Shown piece by piece: positions 19,505 to 28,701 of a stretch of 63,172 bases of DNA. Source of the DNA: Bryobacterales bacterium (GTDB lineage Bacteria > Acidobacteriota > Terriglobia > Bryobacterales > JACQDG01); contig DASREK010000313.1 of assembly GCA_035652135.1 (NCBI GenBank), positions 1 through 63,172 of the forward strand. Reading direction: 5' to 3'. A model generated the notes under the pieces. That model made no database searches. It saw nothing but the letters and a program-made list of their open reading frames with translations, and was not told the DNA's origin. The position numbers and the translations under genes are program-made. The number at the start of each line of letters is the position of its first letter. Positions within the stretch are counted from its first letter, which is position 1.

Positions 19505-21412
19505 TCATTTCACGGATATGGTAGCTGTGTTGCCCGCCTGGCCGCCAACACTGATGAACATGACGACCTGATCTCCCGGTGTTACGTCCTGGGGGATCTG
19601 GATATTCGCCTGGGCAAGCCCGACGAAAGCCGGCGTGAGTCCCAAAAACAGGACATTAGCCGGCTTTCCTCCTATGTTGGCGGCCCACGGAAGCACTGCC
19701 GGAGAAACATGGTCGAGCGGCGCCGCCTCCCCCGTGGGTACCGGAGGATTCACCGCTCCCTGGCCGGTCAAATAGACGACGATCACGTTTCCGCGCGCTT
19801 CCGGATTAGCCGGGCTGTTGAGGCTGCCATCCTGGTTTTGCACAACCGCCCGGTTGCTCGGCAGGTATTGGAAGATGCCCACCGACGACGCGGCGACGTT
19901 GAAGGTAAGAGGATTGCTCGATCCCGCCGCATTGGTCACCACGGCCGTGGCCGTTCCGGGAGCTGTCTCGAAAGGCAGTTGGGCGTTGATCTGCCCGGGA
20001 GAAACGAAGAACAGCGGCGCAGGCGCGCCGTTGATGGTGACAGACGTTCCAGCCAATTGCGCCGGCAAGGGAGTCTGCGTGGCCGCGAGCGTCGTCGGCG
20101 CCAGATTCAGCCCAAATATCGAAATAATCGAACCGGGAGCGACAGGGACCGGAGCCGGCGCGAAGCTCGCGCCATTCACCACGCCGCCCGCGCTGATGGT
20201 GGGCTGGGAACTGAACGAGACCTTGCGAATCAGATAGTTCTGCCAGTCTACGATGTAAAGATTGCCGCCGGCATCGATGGCGATCCCGCCCGGAAAATTC
20301 AGGCTGCTGGCCGTGGCCAGCACTCCGTCGGGTCCGCGCCCTGGCTGCCCGTCGCCGGCGACGGTGGTGATCGTGCCGCCGGGAGAAACGCGGCGGATCC
20401 GGTTGTTGCCCGTGTCGGCGATATAAATGTTTCCCTTGGAGTCCACCTTGACGTCGCAAGGCGAGCTCAGCAGGGCATTGGTGGCGGCTATGTTGTCGCC
20501 GTTGTAACCGGCTTGGCCGGTTCCGGCGATCGTGGAGATGGTGCCGTCGGGAGTGACCTTTCGGATGCGATGATTGCCCTGATCAGCGATATACAAATTC
20601 CCCGCCGAATCGAGGGCGATTCCCGCCGGCTTGTAGAGCAAGGCCTTGGTAGCGGCAATGCCGTCTCCGTTGTAGCCGAAAGCCTTGGGTCCATCGGGCG
20701 TACTTTGGATCCCGCCGGCGACGACAACGAGCTTCCCATCCGGCCCCACTTTGCCCACCCGATGGCTGTGCATTTCGGCAAAGTAGAGAACGCCGCTCGG
20801 ATCCACCGCGACCGCGCTCGGCCAATCCATCGGTGAGTTGGGCGCGGGAACGCCAGGCGCAAAGGGGTTGTGCGTTCCGTTGCCCACGATCGTGGTAATA
20901 GTCCCGCCGGCTACCTGCCGGATGCGGTTATTCTGCTGGTCGGCGATGATGAGGACGCCGTTCGGTCCCACTGTCACATCTGCCGGATTGAAGAGCTTTG
21001 CGGCAGCGGCCGGGCCGCCGTCGCCGACGGAGCTGGTGGGCTGGCAGAAGTTGTCGATGGAAGGAGCGTCGCCGCTGCCTGCGACGGTGTTGATCGTGCC
21101 GTCCGGCGAAATCCGGCGGATCCGCTGGTTGTTGGAGTCGGCGAAGTAGACGTTGCCCGAGGAATCGACTGAAATATGACTCATTTGCTCCAAGGGATTT
21201 ACCCCTGGACACGAAGGGCTGTTCAGATTTGCCAGGGCGAGCATAGCGTTCACAGCAGGGCCGCCGTCACCGCTGTAGCCACGCGCAGGCGTTCCGCTCA
21301 CCGGTGTGGTACCCGCCAGGGTGGTGATGATTCCGGTTTGGGATTGGGCTGGGAGGGGACCCAACGTCGCGAGGAACAGAGCGAGAATTAGACAAGATCC
21401 AATCGAGCGCAA
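19505..21412 (-). CDS. Secreted NHL-repeat protein with TIGR03437-like (Solibacter C-terminal) domain
   Basis: Repeated NRIR.V...G.I.T.AG motifs form a six-bladed NHL-like propeller. The C-terminal IISIFGLNLAP...AQLAGTSVTINGAPAPLFFVSPGQINAQLPFE...AVVTNAAGSS is typical of TIGR03437. Confidence 0.8.
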   Translation of the reverse strand: MRSIGSCLILALFLATLGPLPAQSQTGIITTLAGTTPVSGTPARGYSGDGGPAVNAMLALANLNSPSCPGVNPLEQMSHISVDSSGNVYFADSNNQRIRRISPDGTINTVAGSGDAPSIDNFCQPTSSVGDGGPAAAAKLFNPADVTVGPNGVLIIADQQNNRIRQVAGGTITTIVGNGTHNPFAPGVPAPNSPMDWPSAVAVDPSGVLYFAEMHSHRVGKVGPDGKLVVVAGGIQSTPDGPKAFGYNGDGIAATKALLYKPAGIALDSAGNLYIADQGNHRIRKVTPDGTISTIAGTGQAGYNGDNIAATNALLSSPCDVKVDSKGNIYIADTGNNRIRRVSPGGTITTVAGDGQPGRGPDGVLATASSLNFPGGIAIDAGGNLYIVDWQNYLIRKVSFSSQPTISAGGVVNGASFAPAPVPVAPGSIISIFGLNLAPTTLAATQTPLPAQLAGTSVTINGAPAPLFFVSPGQINAQLPFETAPGTATAVVTNAAGSSNPLTFNVAASSVGIFQYLPSNRAVVQNQDGSLNSPANPEARGNVIVVYLTGQGAVNPPVPTGEAAPLDHVSPAVLPWAANIGGKPANVLFLGLTPAFVGLAQANIQIPQDVTPGDQVVMFISVGGQAGNTATISVK

Positions 21413-21608
21413 AGTATCACCTTGGTTCCCAAAACGATCTTCCGGGGAATGTATGCTGCCACTCTGAGGACGCGGTTGGAACAGTATACCCTTTCCCTGT
21501 TCCAGCGGTCAAATTCGACCGGCGTTCGGCTTTGGATTCAACTTGTTCCGCAGATCTAAAATTAAAATTATAAATGGCGCCGGCGCTGCACGCGCTCAGG
21601 GGGCGCTC

Positions 21609-23277
21609 ATGAGCGGAAAGAAGATCGTACTTGTTGCATCCTCGACCGAGGCCAACGAATACTCCCAAGACTGCTGGATTCAAATGTTGTTCGCCACTCT
21701 TCCTGCCCCGGTGGCGAAGCATTTTGTCAACCTCGACGTTATTTTGCGGAACGAGACTTGGCCGGACGGCCAGGCAAAGTACGTGCCCAACGGCCTGCGG
21801 GTGGTGGAGTCCATCCTGCTGCGCGAGTTCCCTCCGGAAGATATCGCGGTGTGCTACCCGGACCAGATGGAGCGGTTCATCGGGAGCGATACAAGGGCGG
21901 TTGGACTGCACGCGCACAACCCACTGGGCATCACGTTCGCAACGGATGTGTACGCTCACTTGGCGGGTCCTCGCACGGAACCGCTGAACGCCGCGGAATT
22001 TAAGCGGGCGATTCTCCACCCGGTTTTGCGGCAGCATAAATCCCATCTAAAGATCCTCGTGGGAGGCCCGGGCGCCTGGCAGATCGAACAAACCGGGATG
22101 CGCCAGGAATGGGGCATCGATTGTCTGGTGGACGGCGAAGCTGAGCACTTGGTCCTGGAGTTGTTCCGTGCCGCCGTCCGGGGTGAGCCCTTGCCGGCCG
22201 TGGTCAAAGGCGCGAGCCCCGAAAGTCCAGATCAAATTCCTGTGACCCGCCACCGCTCTACGCTGGGCGTCGTCGAGATCACGCGGGGGTGGCGGGCGAG
22301 GCTGCCAATTTTGCGGCGCCGCTGTGCGGCGCGGCCAGAGCATCCCGCTCGATAACATTCTTCAGAACGTGCGCGCCAACGTGGCCGACGGCGCCGATAC
22401 CATCATGCTCACAACAGAGGATGTGTTCCTATATGAGCAGGGACCGCGGTGGCAGCCGAACCGAGAAGCTTTGCTGCGGCTTTTTCGGGCTGTAGCGGCG
22501 GAGCCGGGCGTGCAATATATTCATCTCACCCACGCGACCATGGCGCCCGTGGTGCAGGATCCGGGCATGATCGAAGCGATCACGCCGTACACAGTTGGAA
22601 TGAGCCGCAAACGCCACCCTGCCTCCACACATCCGGAGAACCGCTACGCCAGCGTCATCATCGGGCTGGAGACCGGTTCCGTGCGGCTGTTCAAGAAGTA
22701 CATGCCGGGCAAGGCCTATCCTTACCGGCCAGAGCAGTGGCCAGACGTGATGTTGAAGGGGATGGAAATTTTAAACCGCCACAACTGGTTTCCGTTCTGC
22801 ACCTGGATTCTGGGGCTTCCGGGAGAGACGGACGCGGATACGCGGGAGTCCCTGGATTTGTTGCATGCCCTCAAGGGCGCCAAGTGGTGCGTGGTACCTA
22901 CGCTGTTCACGCCGCTCGAAGATACACGGCTGGCCAGCCGCGAGGCCGCCAAGCTGCCACAGCTCACGGATCTGCAATGGGAGTTTTTCTTTACCTGCTG
23001 GCGCTATAACCTCGATTTTTACCGGGGCGCGAAGAAAAAAATCCTCTTCGGGCTGGGTATTCCGTTGTATTACTACTTGCTCGGCCGCAAGCTTTTTGGG
23101 GAGCGCGTGAAGTACCCGCTGTGGCGGTTGGCCCATGTACCGGAGCGGATCATGCGAGGGCGGCTATATCTGGATTTGGACCGCCCTGCGACCCGCTTTT
23201 CGGTCCCCGTGGAGGCTCCTGTTCCGCTCACGGCCGCCACGCCGCCCGAGCGGGTTGGATTGATGAGTTTGCAATAG
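21609..23277 (+). pseudogene. Radical SAM enzyme (N-terminal Rossmann/B12-binding-like domain), disrupted by a 1-nt frameshift at about 22291
   Basis: ORFs 21543..22355 and 22324..23277 are the two halves of one gene. Deleting one G at 22291/22292 restores ...VVEITRGCGRGCQFCGAAVRRGQSI..., which is the CxxxCxxC motif. Confidence 0.75.
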
Positions 23278-23587
23278 CGCGGCTGCTGGGCAGCGTGGCG
23301 GCGCCGGGGAGCGCGTCGGAAATCCTGGTTTTTGGGCGTAGAGCCGCTCGCGGTGCTGCTCTATCGCCTCCTGGCCATTTGAAATCACCGGGAAACCTTT
23401 CACTCGTGCTGGCGATTTCACGCACAAGATTTCGTGCGTCTCGGCGATGACTACGGGGGGCAAACGGGGCCCTGGGTGCTCCTTGTACCTCGGCGTACAG
23501 CAAGTGGAGGGCGCCCGCACGCGGATGAAACCGACTGGCCGCGCAGGGCCGACTCACTAAAGGGGGCCGACCGGCTACGGGCCATCC

Positions 23588-24562
23588 ATGCACTTAGCTT
23601 TCATTTACAACGGGGTTTTTATCGCCATCATCGCCCACGGGCTGATTGGGGGATCGTTGATCTGGGACAAGATTCTCCTACGCCGGCCTGAGACCCGCAA
23701 TTTGCTTTCATACGTTTTCTGGCTGGGAGCGCTGAGCATCCTGGGGCTCTGCCTGATTCCCTTCGGCTTTACCATGCCCCCCATTCCGATTGCCCTGGTC
23801 TCGTTTGGCGCTGGTTTGCTACACATGGCCTCGATCTTCTTCTACTATGAGGCGCTCAAGCGCGGCGAAGCCTCGCAAACACTGGCCATTATGGGAGGCT
23901 TTTCGCCGCTTGCAACCGCGCTGATCGGGGCGCCCATCCTGGCTCAACCGCTAGGCAATCAGCTTCTCGGCTTTGCTCTGCTCACGGCCGGCGGGTTCGT
24001 CATGTTCTTTTCCGAGCGCATCGACCTGAAAAGCATTGTACCGCCCATTCTGCTCGCTTCGGGTCTGTTTGGCTTGGTTAACGTGCTGATAAAAGTGGTC
24101 TATGACCACACGAATTTTGTATCCGGCTATGTCGGCTTTACCCTCGGCACTGCGGCCGGGGCATTCTTTTTGCTCGTCCGGCGTTCGTGGCGAAAGCAGA
24201 TCTTCGAGCAGTCGGAAGAGGCTTCGCCGCGCAGCCGATTTTGGTACCTAGTGAATCGCTTTCTGTCAGGGATAGGTTCTTTTCTGGTCTATTACGCCGT
24301 TAGTCTGGCTCACCCGGCAGTGGTGGACGCCATTGCCGGCGTCCGCTACGCGATCATCTTTATCGGCGCATTCCTCATTACACGCCTGAAGCCTTCCTGG
24401 CTCGCAGAGGATTTCTCGGGTCGAGCGCTGGCCGGGAAAATCGCGGGAACCGCGTTAGTAACAGCGGGTTTGGTGCTCTTGGGCTTGCAGGGAGGCGAAA
24501 CCAATGCAGTTTACCTCCGCCGCCCGGATGTCGTGGCGTGGTTCCAATCTCGTTGGGCGTGA
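23588..24562 (+). CDS. DMT superfamily (EamA-like) transporter
   Basis: About 10 TM segments arranged as two EamA-like halves (YYEALKRGEASQTLAIMGGFSPLATALIG...LLTAGGFVMF). Confidence 0.65.
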   Translation: MHLAFIYNGVFIAIIAHGLIGGSLIWDKILLRRPETRNLLSYVFWLGALSILGLCLIPFGFTMPPIPIALVSFGAGLLHMASIFFYYEALKRGEASQTLAIMGGFSPLATALIGAPILAQPLGNQLLGFALLTAGGFVMFFSERIDLKSIVPPILLASGLFGLVNVLIKVVYDHTNFVSGYVGFTLGTAAGAFFLLVRRSWRKQIFEQSEEASPRSRFWYLVNRFLSGIGSFLVYYAVSLAHPAVVDAIAGVRYAIIFIGAFLITRLKPSWLAEDFSGRALAGKIAGTALVTAGLVLLGLQGGETNAVYLRRPDVVAWFQSRWA

Positions 24563-24588
24563 GGATCTCGTTGTCGCGGCCTCGATGT

Positions 24589-24939
24589 TTATCTACTGCT
24601 GGGGAATGGGGTTACAACCGCCCTTGCCTTTTTCTGTTGTCTCTTCCGCGGAATCGCCCAGAGCGGTGAGGGCACTGGGCGCTCAAGGCTGTCGATTCCC
24701 AGCCGGATGATTTTCTCGATTTCGCTGTACGGCAACTGCCACTCGAGCGACAGATCAAAAATCGTCTTTCCGGCGCGGAACCCGCTGAAAACCGTGCGCT
24801 GGAAAGAGGGCGGGAGCCGTTCTAAGGTTCGCGTCATCGGCGCCTCCACTTGGTCCGTAAACGCACCCACAGCAACCCGGATGCCAAAGGACGTCTTTAC
24901 TCCGATGCCGTCGCGTTTCGCGCTCTCCGGCTCCAGCAT
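24589..24939 (-). CDS. Small ORF carrying a sigma-70 region-4-like HTH; possibly the 3' part of a stop-interrupted ECF sigma gene
   Basis: The third codon position is strongly G/C-rich. LERLPPSFQRTVFSGFRAGKTIFDLSLEWQLPYSEIEKIIRLGIDSL resembles sigma region 4.2. The same frame stays open upstream, except for one TAG at 25027-25029. Confidence 0.45.
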   Translation of the reverse strand: MLEPESAKRDGIGVKTSFGIRVAVGAFTDQVEAPMTRTLERLPPSFQRTVFSGFRAGKTIFDLSLEWQLPYSEIEKIIRLGIDSLERPVPSPLWAIPRKRQQKKARAVVTPFPSSR

Positions 24940-25377
24940 GTTGCTCCAGATAGCGAGTGCCGGCGGGGAATCTGGTGGGGCCCGGCAACCTCCCGGTAAA
25001 AAAGAACCAAGTAAGGGTTTGGGCGGCTATGGAAGTTTTGCCGCCCCGCGCTGTTCGGGCGTAGCCGTAGCCCAGACCTGCCTGCATAGTCGGGCGGAGT
25101 TGGTCTCCGTTTTGCTGGCAAGTGCGCCTGCTCCGCGCCGCATGCCGGCCAGGGGCAATGCCGAAACCGAGCACGGCAGAGAGTGGGGAGTAAGACCGTG
25201 GATCCCCGAAAGCGCAAAACTAGTCTTCTTCACCCGGAACTCGGCTGGCGGGCCAAAAGGCTCTCGACGGCGTTGGGCTGGGGGAGACGGCGACAGCCGT
25301 TGCAATTCGCCCGCCCCGGGCGTATGCTTGGCGTGGGCCAACCTCAGAACAGCCAATACAACCGACAGGAGGCCGTT

Positions 25378-25563
25378 ATGGCAAAAGTGATACGGTGCCG
25401 CGATGTGGGAGTCGACTGTGACTTTGAAGCGCGCGGCGAAACGGAGCAGGAAATACTGAGAAAGTGCGCCGAGCACGCTAAATCCGCGCATAACATGGAT
25501 TCGATTCCTCCCGAACTGGAGGCCAAGGTTCGAGGCGCGATTCGCGACGAGGAAGCAGCTTAG
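25378..25563 (+). CDS. DUF1059 small metal-binding protein
   Basis: MAKVIRCRDVGVDCDFEARGETEQEILRKCAEHAKSAHNM. An AGGAGG Shine-Dalgarno sequence lies 6 nt upstream of ATG 25378. Confidence 0.85.
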   Translation: MAKVIRCRDVGVDCDFEARGETEQEILRKCAEHAKSAHNMDSIPPELEAKVRGAIRDEEAA

Positions 25564-25612
25564 GCCAGGAGCCGGGATCCGTTCTTTCGGGCGGCAAGTC
25601 CCGGCAGAGAAT

Positions 25613-25640
25613 GTGTGCACGGGCGCCCTCCCGTGCACAC
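25613..25640. terminator. Perfect 11-bp hairpin between convergent genes (bidirectional terminator candidate)
   Basis: GTGTGCACGGG-cgccct-CCCGTGCACAC, located immediately after the stop of the minus-strand enolase-superfamily gene. There is no strong U-run. Confidence 0.5.
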
Positions 25641-25642
25641 CC

Positions 25643-26866
25643 TCAGACGGCAATCTCCCTGAACTTGTACTTCGTCTGGTATACCGCTTCATTCACACGA
25701 AGGCTCAGACCCGGAGTTTTAGGGAGCGTATAAAAGCCGTTGCGGAACTCGTAGCCGTCCGCAATGATGGCATCACAGCGCGAACGGTCGTCTTCGGCTG
25801 TGATGGCGGCAGCAACGGCTTTGGCAAAGTGCAGATTCATCAGCCCGCCTATTTGAGATCCCCAGTTGTGAGGGACGCAGAATCCCTCGTTTTCCGCGGC
25901 TAGCTCGGCCGCCTCACGATTGCCGAGAAAGCCGGCTCGCCGGATATCCAGTTGAGTCACGTCGATCGTGCGCGGCTTCAAATACGGCCGCAATTCGTCG
26001 GCGGAACGCATATTTTCGCCGTCGGCGATCAGCGTCTTCATGCCGGCTTGTTGCATCTTCTCGCGCAAACGGGCATATAGTTCGGGGTCTTCGGGGAAAA
26101 TCTCCTCAATCCAGAACAGGTTCGACTTCTGCGTCTCGCTCAAAAAGCGCCAGGCCAACTGGAGGCGGCCGCGATAGCCGTTGTTGGCGTCGGCCATGAT
26201 CTTCACCTCGGGACCGACCGCCCGCCGCACCGCATTGACCACTTCAATATCGCGCAGAACTCCGGCAACGCCGGGCATCCACTTGTCGCAGCGGCCCACT
26301 TTCAGCTTCAAGCCACGGTAGCCGGAGCGGACCGCCTCTTCCGCCTCCGCGACCACCGCCCCAACGCCTTTCTCGGGGATCATTACATCACTGAAATAGA
26401 GCGTGCCGTCGTAAACCTCTACCTGCTCCCGCGCCGAAGGACCGATCAATTCATGGCAGGGCACATTGAGAATCTGGCCGACGAGGTCGAAAAGGACGCT
26501 GTCCAGAAAGCGGTACTTCGCCAAAGCCGGATTCCGCACCGTAAGGATACGGCCCTGGCGGATCTCGTAGAGTTCCAGCGGGTCGGCGCCGATCAGGTTC
26601 CGGAGCGATTCGAGCATTGCCTTGTCGGGACTGGAATAATCGAGCGTGCCCGTGCCAGAAACCCCCTCAGCGGTAAATACGCGCAGCAAATGCGTGGCGT
26701 AGGTCTCGCCTTTGGGAGCCTGGTCGTAAGCGTTCATGGCCACCTTTTTGTGGAAGCGGCCTTCGATTGGCGTGATTGTAATGCGGCTGATCTTGGCTGA
26801 TCCTTTCGCAGCCGGCATCTTCGCGGCTGCCGCGGCTGCGAGGCACAGAAAATCTCGACGGCGCAT
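25643..26866 (-). CDS. Enolase superfamily (mandelate racemase/muconate lactonizing enzyme-like) protein with Tat signal
   Basis: Start chosen at MRRRDFLCLAAAAAA (twin-arginine motif). The KLKVG, ADANNGY, IEEIFPED and ADGEN metal-ligand pattern is present. Confidence 0.8.
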   Translation of the reverse strand: MRRRDFLCLAAAAAAKMPAAKGSAKISRITITPIEGRFHKKVAMNAYDQAPKGETYATHLLRVFTAEGVSGTGTLDYSSPDKAMLESLRNLIGADPLELYEIRQGRILTVRNPALAKYRFLDSVLFDLVGQILNVPCHELIGPSAREQVEVYDGTLYFSDVMIPEKGVGAVVAEAEEAVRSGYRGLKLKVGRCDKWMPGVAGVLRDIEVVNAVRRAVGPEVKIMADANNGYRGRLQLAWRFLSETQKSNLFWIEEIFPEDPELYARLREKMQQAGMKTLIADGENMRSADELRPYLKPRTIDVTQLDIRRAGFLGNREAAELAAENEGFCVPHNWGSQIGGLMNLHFAKAVAAAITAEDDRSRCDAIIADGYEFRNGFYTLPKTPGLSLRVNEAVYQTKYKFREIAV

Positions 26867-27034
26867 AAAGACCTCGTTGAGTACCTGCAAACAGGTCCGG
26901 CGGCTCTCAGAATCTGCGCCTGGAAAACACAGGAGAGCCGTTCGGCCGCAACCCATGATAATCAGCTCCGCCCGGTCCTGCAAGGCTCGCTCAGGCCGAG
27001 GCACGGATGGCCGAAACGGAGATCAAGAGGGGGC

Positions 27035-28207
27035 TCAGACGCGGGCGAGATCCCGCACTGCCTGGTCTACGCGATGGAGCGCTTCTTCGATGTTGGCCAG
27101 CGAGGTGGCGTAGCTGAACCGCAGATACCCCTCCCCGTAACTGCCGAAGGACGTGCCGCTCAAACCGGCCACGCCGGCGTTCTCCAAAAGGTGGGTTTCC
27201 AGTTCCGCCGACGACATGCCGGTCCCCGTGATGTTCGGAAAGGCGTAAAACGCGCCGCCGGGGAGGGCGCAGCGGAAACCGGGAATCCGGTTCAGGCCGG
27301 CGACGATGACATCGCGGCGCCGCCGGAATTCCTCGACCATGCGGTCGACGCTCTCCTGAGGCCCGCGCAGCGCCTCAAGCGCAGCACGCTGCGTGAAGCT
27401 GGCCGTGCAGGAGTTGGAGTTGACCATCAACCGCGTAACGGCTTGCGCCAGCCGCTCCGGCATGACGCCATAACCGATCCTCCAGCCAGTCATGGCGTAG
27501 GTTTTAGAAAAACCATCGAGAAGGATGGTCTTTTCCATCATTCCTTCGATGGAAGCGATGGAATAATGCTGCTCTCCGTAGAGGATCCGGCTGTAAATTT
27601 CATCGGAAAGCACAACCAGATCGCGATCGCGGACCATGGCGGCGATCTCGCGCAGGTCTTCTTCGGGAATCACGCCCCCGGTGGGATTCTGCGGCGAGTT
27701 GAGAATCAGCAGTTTGGTTCGCGGCGAGAGCCGTTCCGACAGCATGTTCAGATCGAGGGAAAAGCCGCGACTTTCTACCAGCGGCAGCGGCACGGGGATA
27801 GCCCCGAGATAGCGGATCATCGATTCGTAAATAGGAAAGCCGGGATTTGGATACAGCGCTTCGTCGCCGGCGTCAAGCAGCGCCAGCATCGAGAAGAAGA
27901 GGATCGGCTTGCCGCCGGGAACGACACACACGTGCTCCGGGCCAACGCGAACGCGGCGCGTGGCCGAAACCATGCCGGCGATTTCTTCGCGCAGGTCAGG
28001 ATAGCCCTGGGAAGGGCCGTAATGGGTCCACCCCTCATCCAGCGCTTTTTTGGCTGCTTCCACGATGTGGGGAGGGGTGGGGAAGTCGGGCTCGCCGATT
28101 TCCATGTGGATCACGCTCCGGCCTTCGGCCTCCAAACGCCGGGCCTTGACCAAAACATCAAACGCCGATTCGGTTCCCAGGTTCTGCATTCGCTGCGCGA
28201 GTTTCAT
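27035..28207 (-). CDS. Class I/II PLP aminotransferase (aspartate aminotransferase-like)
   Basis: IHMEIGEPDFPTP, NPGFPIY, NSPQNPTG, and the PLP lysine motif GFSKTYAMTGWRIGY. Start chosen at MKLAQRM. Confidence 0.85.
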   Translation of the reverse strand: MKLAQRMQNLGTESAFDVLVKARRLEAEGRSVIHMEIGEPDFPTPPHIVEAAKKALDEGWTHYGPSQGYPDLREEIAGMVSATRRVRVGPEHVCVVPGGKPILFFSMLALLDAGDEALYPNPGFPIYESMIRYLGAIPVPLPLVESRGFSLDLNMLSERLSPRTKLLILNSPQNPTGGVIPEEDLREIAAMVRDRDLVVLSDEIYSRILYGEQHYSIASIEGMMEKTILLDGFSKTYAMTGWRIGYGVMPERLAQAVTRLMVNSNSCTASFTQRAALEALRGPQESVDRMVEEFRRRRDVIVAGLNRIPGFRCALPGGAFYAFPNITGTGMSSAELETHLLENAGVAGLSGTSFGSYGEGYLRFSYATSLANIEEALHRVDQAVRDLARV

Positions 28208-28226
28208 TGGCACCGCCGAGATGGAA

Positions 28227-28529
28227 TCATGCTGCTGAAAAGAAATGCACGCCGCCGCGTTCCTCGACCAGCGCGACATCATCACCAATATCTACCCTGG
28301 CTCCCAGGATGCGGCCTGTCAGGCGAACACCGCCCTCGAGTTCAATGATAGCAATCTGAAAGGGCAAATCTTTTTCGAAAGGCTCGGCGGCGGCGTAGAG
28401 CGTGGTACACGAATAGATTTTTCCTTTGCCCGAGACGGTCGCCGGCAGCCATTTCCGATTTCCGCAGCCGCAAAACGCCGGCTGGGTCACGGCCAACTTG
28501 CCGCAGCTTGTACAGCGGTAAAGAGTCAT
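28227..28529 (-). CDS. DUF35 OB-fold/zinc-ribbon protein (thiolase partner)
   Basis: RCTSCGKLAVTQPAFCGCG zinc ribbon followed by SGKGKIYSCTTL...IAIIELEGGVRLTGRI. Start chosen at MTLYRC. Confidence 0.7.
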   Translation of the reverse strand: MTLYRCTSCGKLAVTQPAFCGCGNRKWLPATVSGKGKIYSCTTLYAAAEPFEKDLPFQIAIIELEGGVRLTGRILGARVDIGDDVALVEERGGVHFFSAA

Positions 28530-28701
28530 CTTGCGCCTTGCGCCTCGGGGCCGGAAACGGCGCCAGGCCGCTTTCCGCTCGCGAGGCGGAGTAATAGAGG
28601 CGCGCGCCACCCGCCGCCTCCGCGCCAGCAAGCCTTTGAAAGACGTTTCGATAAACGCTTTCTCCGCTCGGCAGGAACCGCGATTCGAAGGCGGGCCCGG
28701 C

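Noticed and set aside
21449-21562. A 37-codon ORF (MYAATLRTRLEQYTLSLFQRSNSTGVRLWIQLVPQI) upstream of the radical-SAM gene, considered as a possible RiPP precursor.
   Set aside because: The ribosome-binding site is poor and third-position GC is unremarkable. There is no Cys/Ser/Thr-rich core. The radical-SAM gene shows no SPASM/RRE-type features that I can see.
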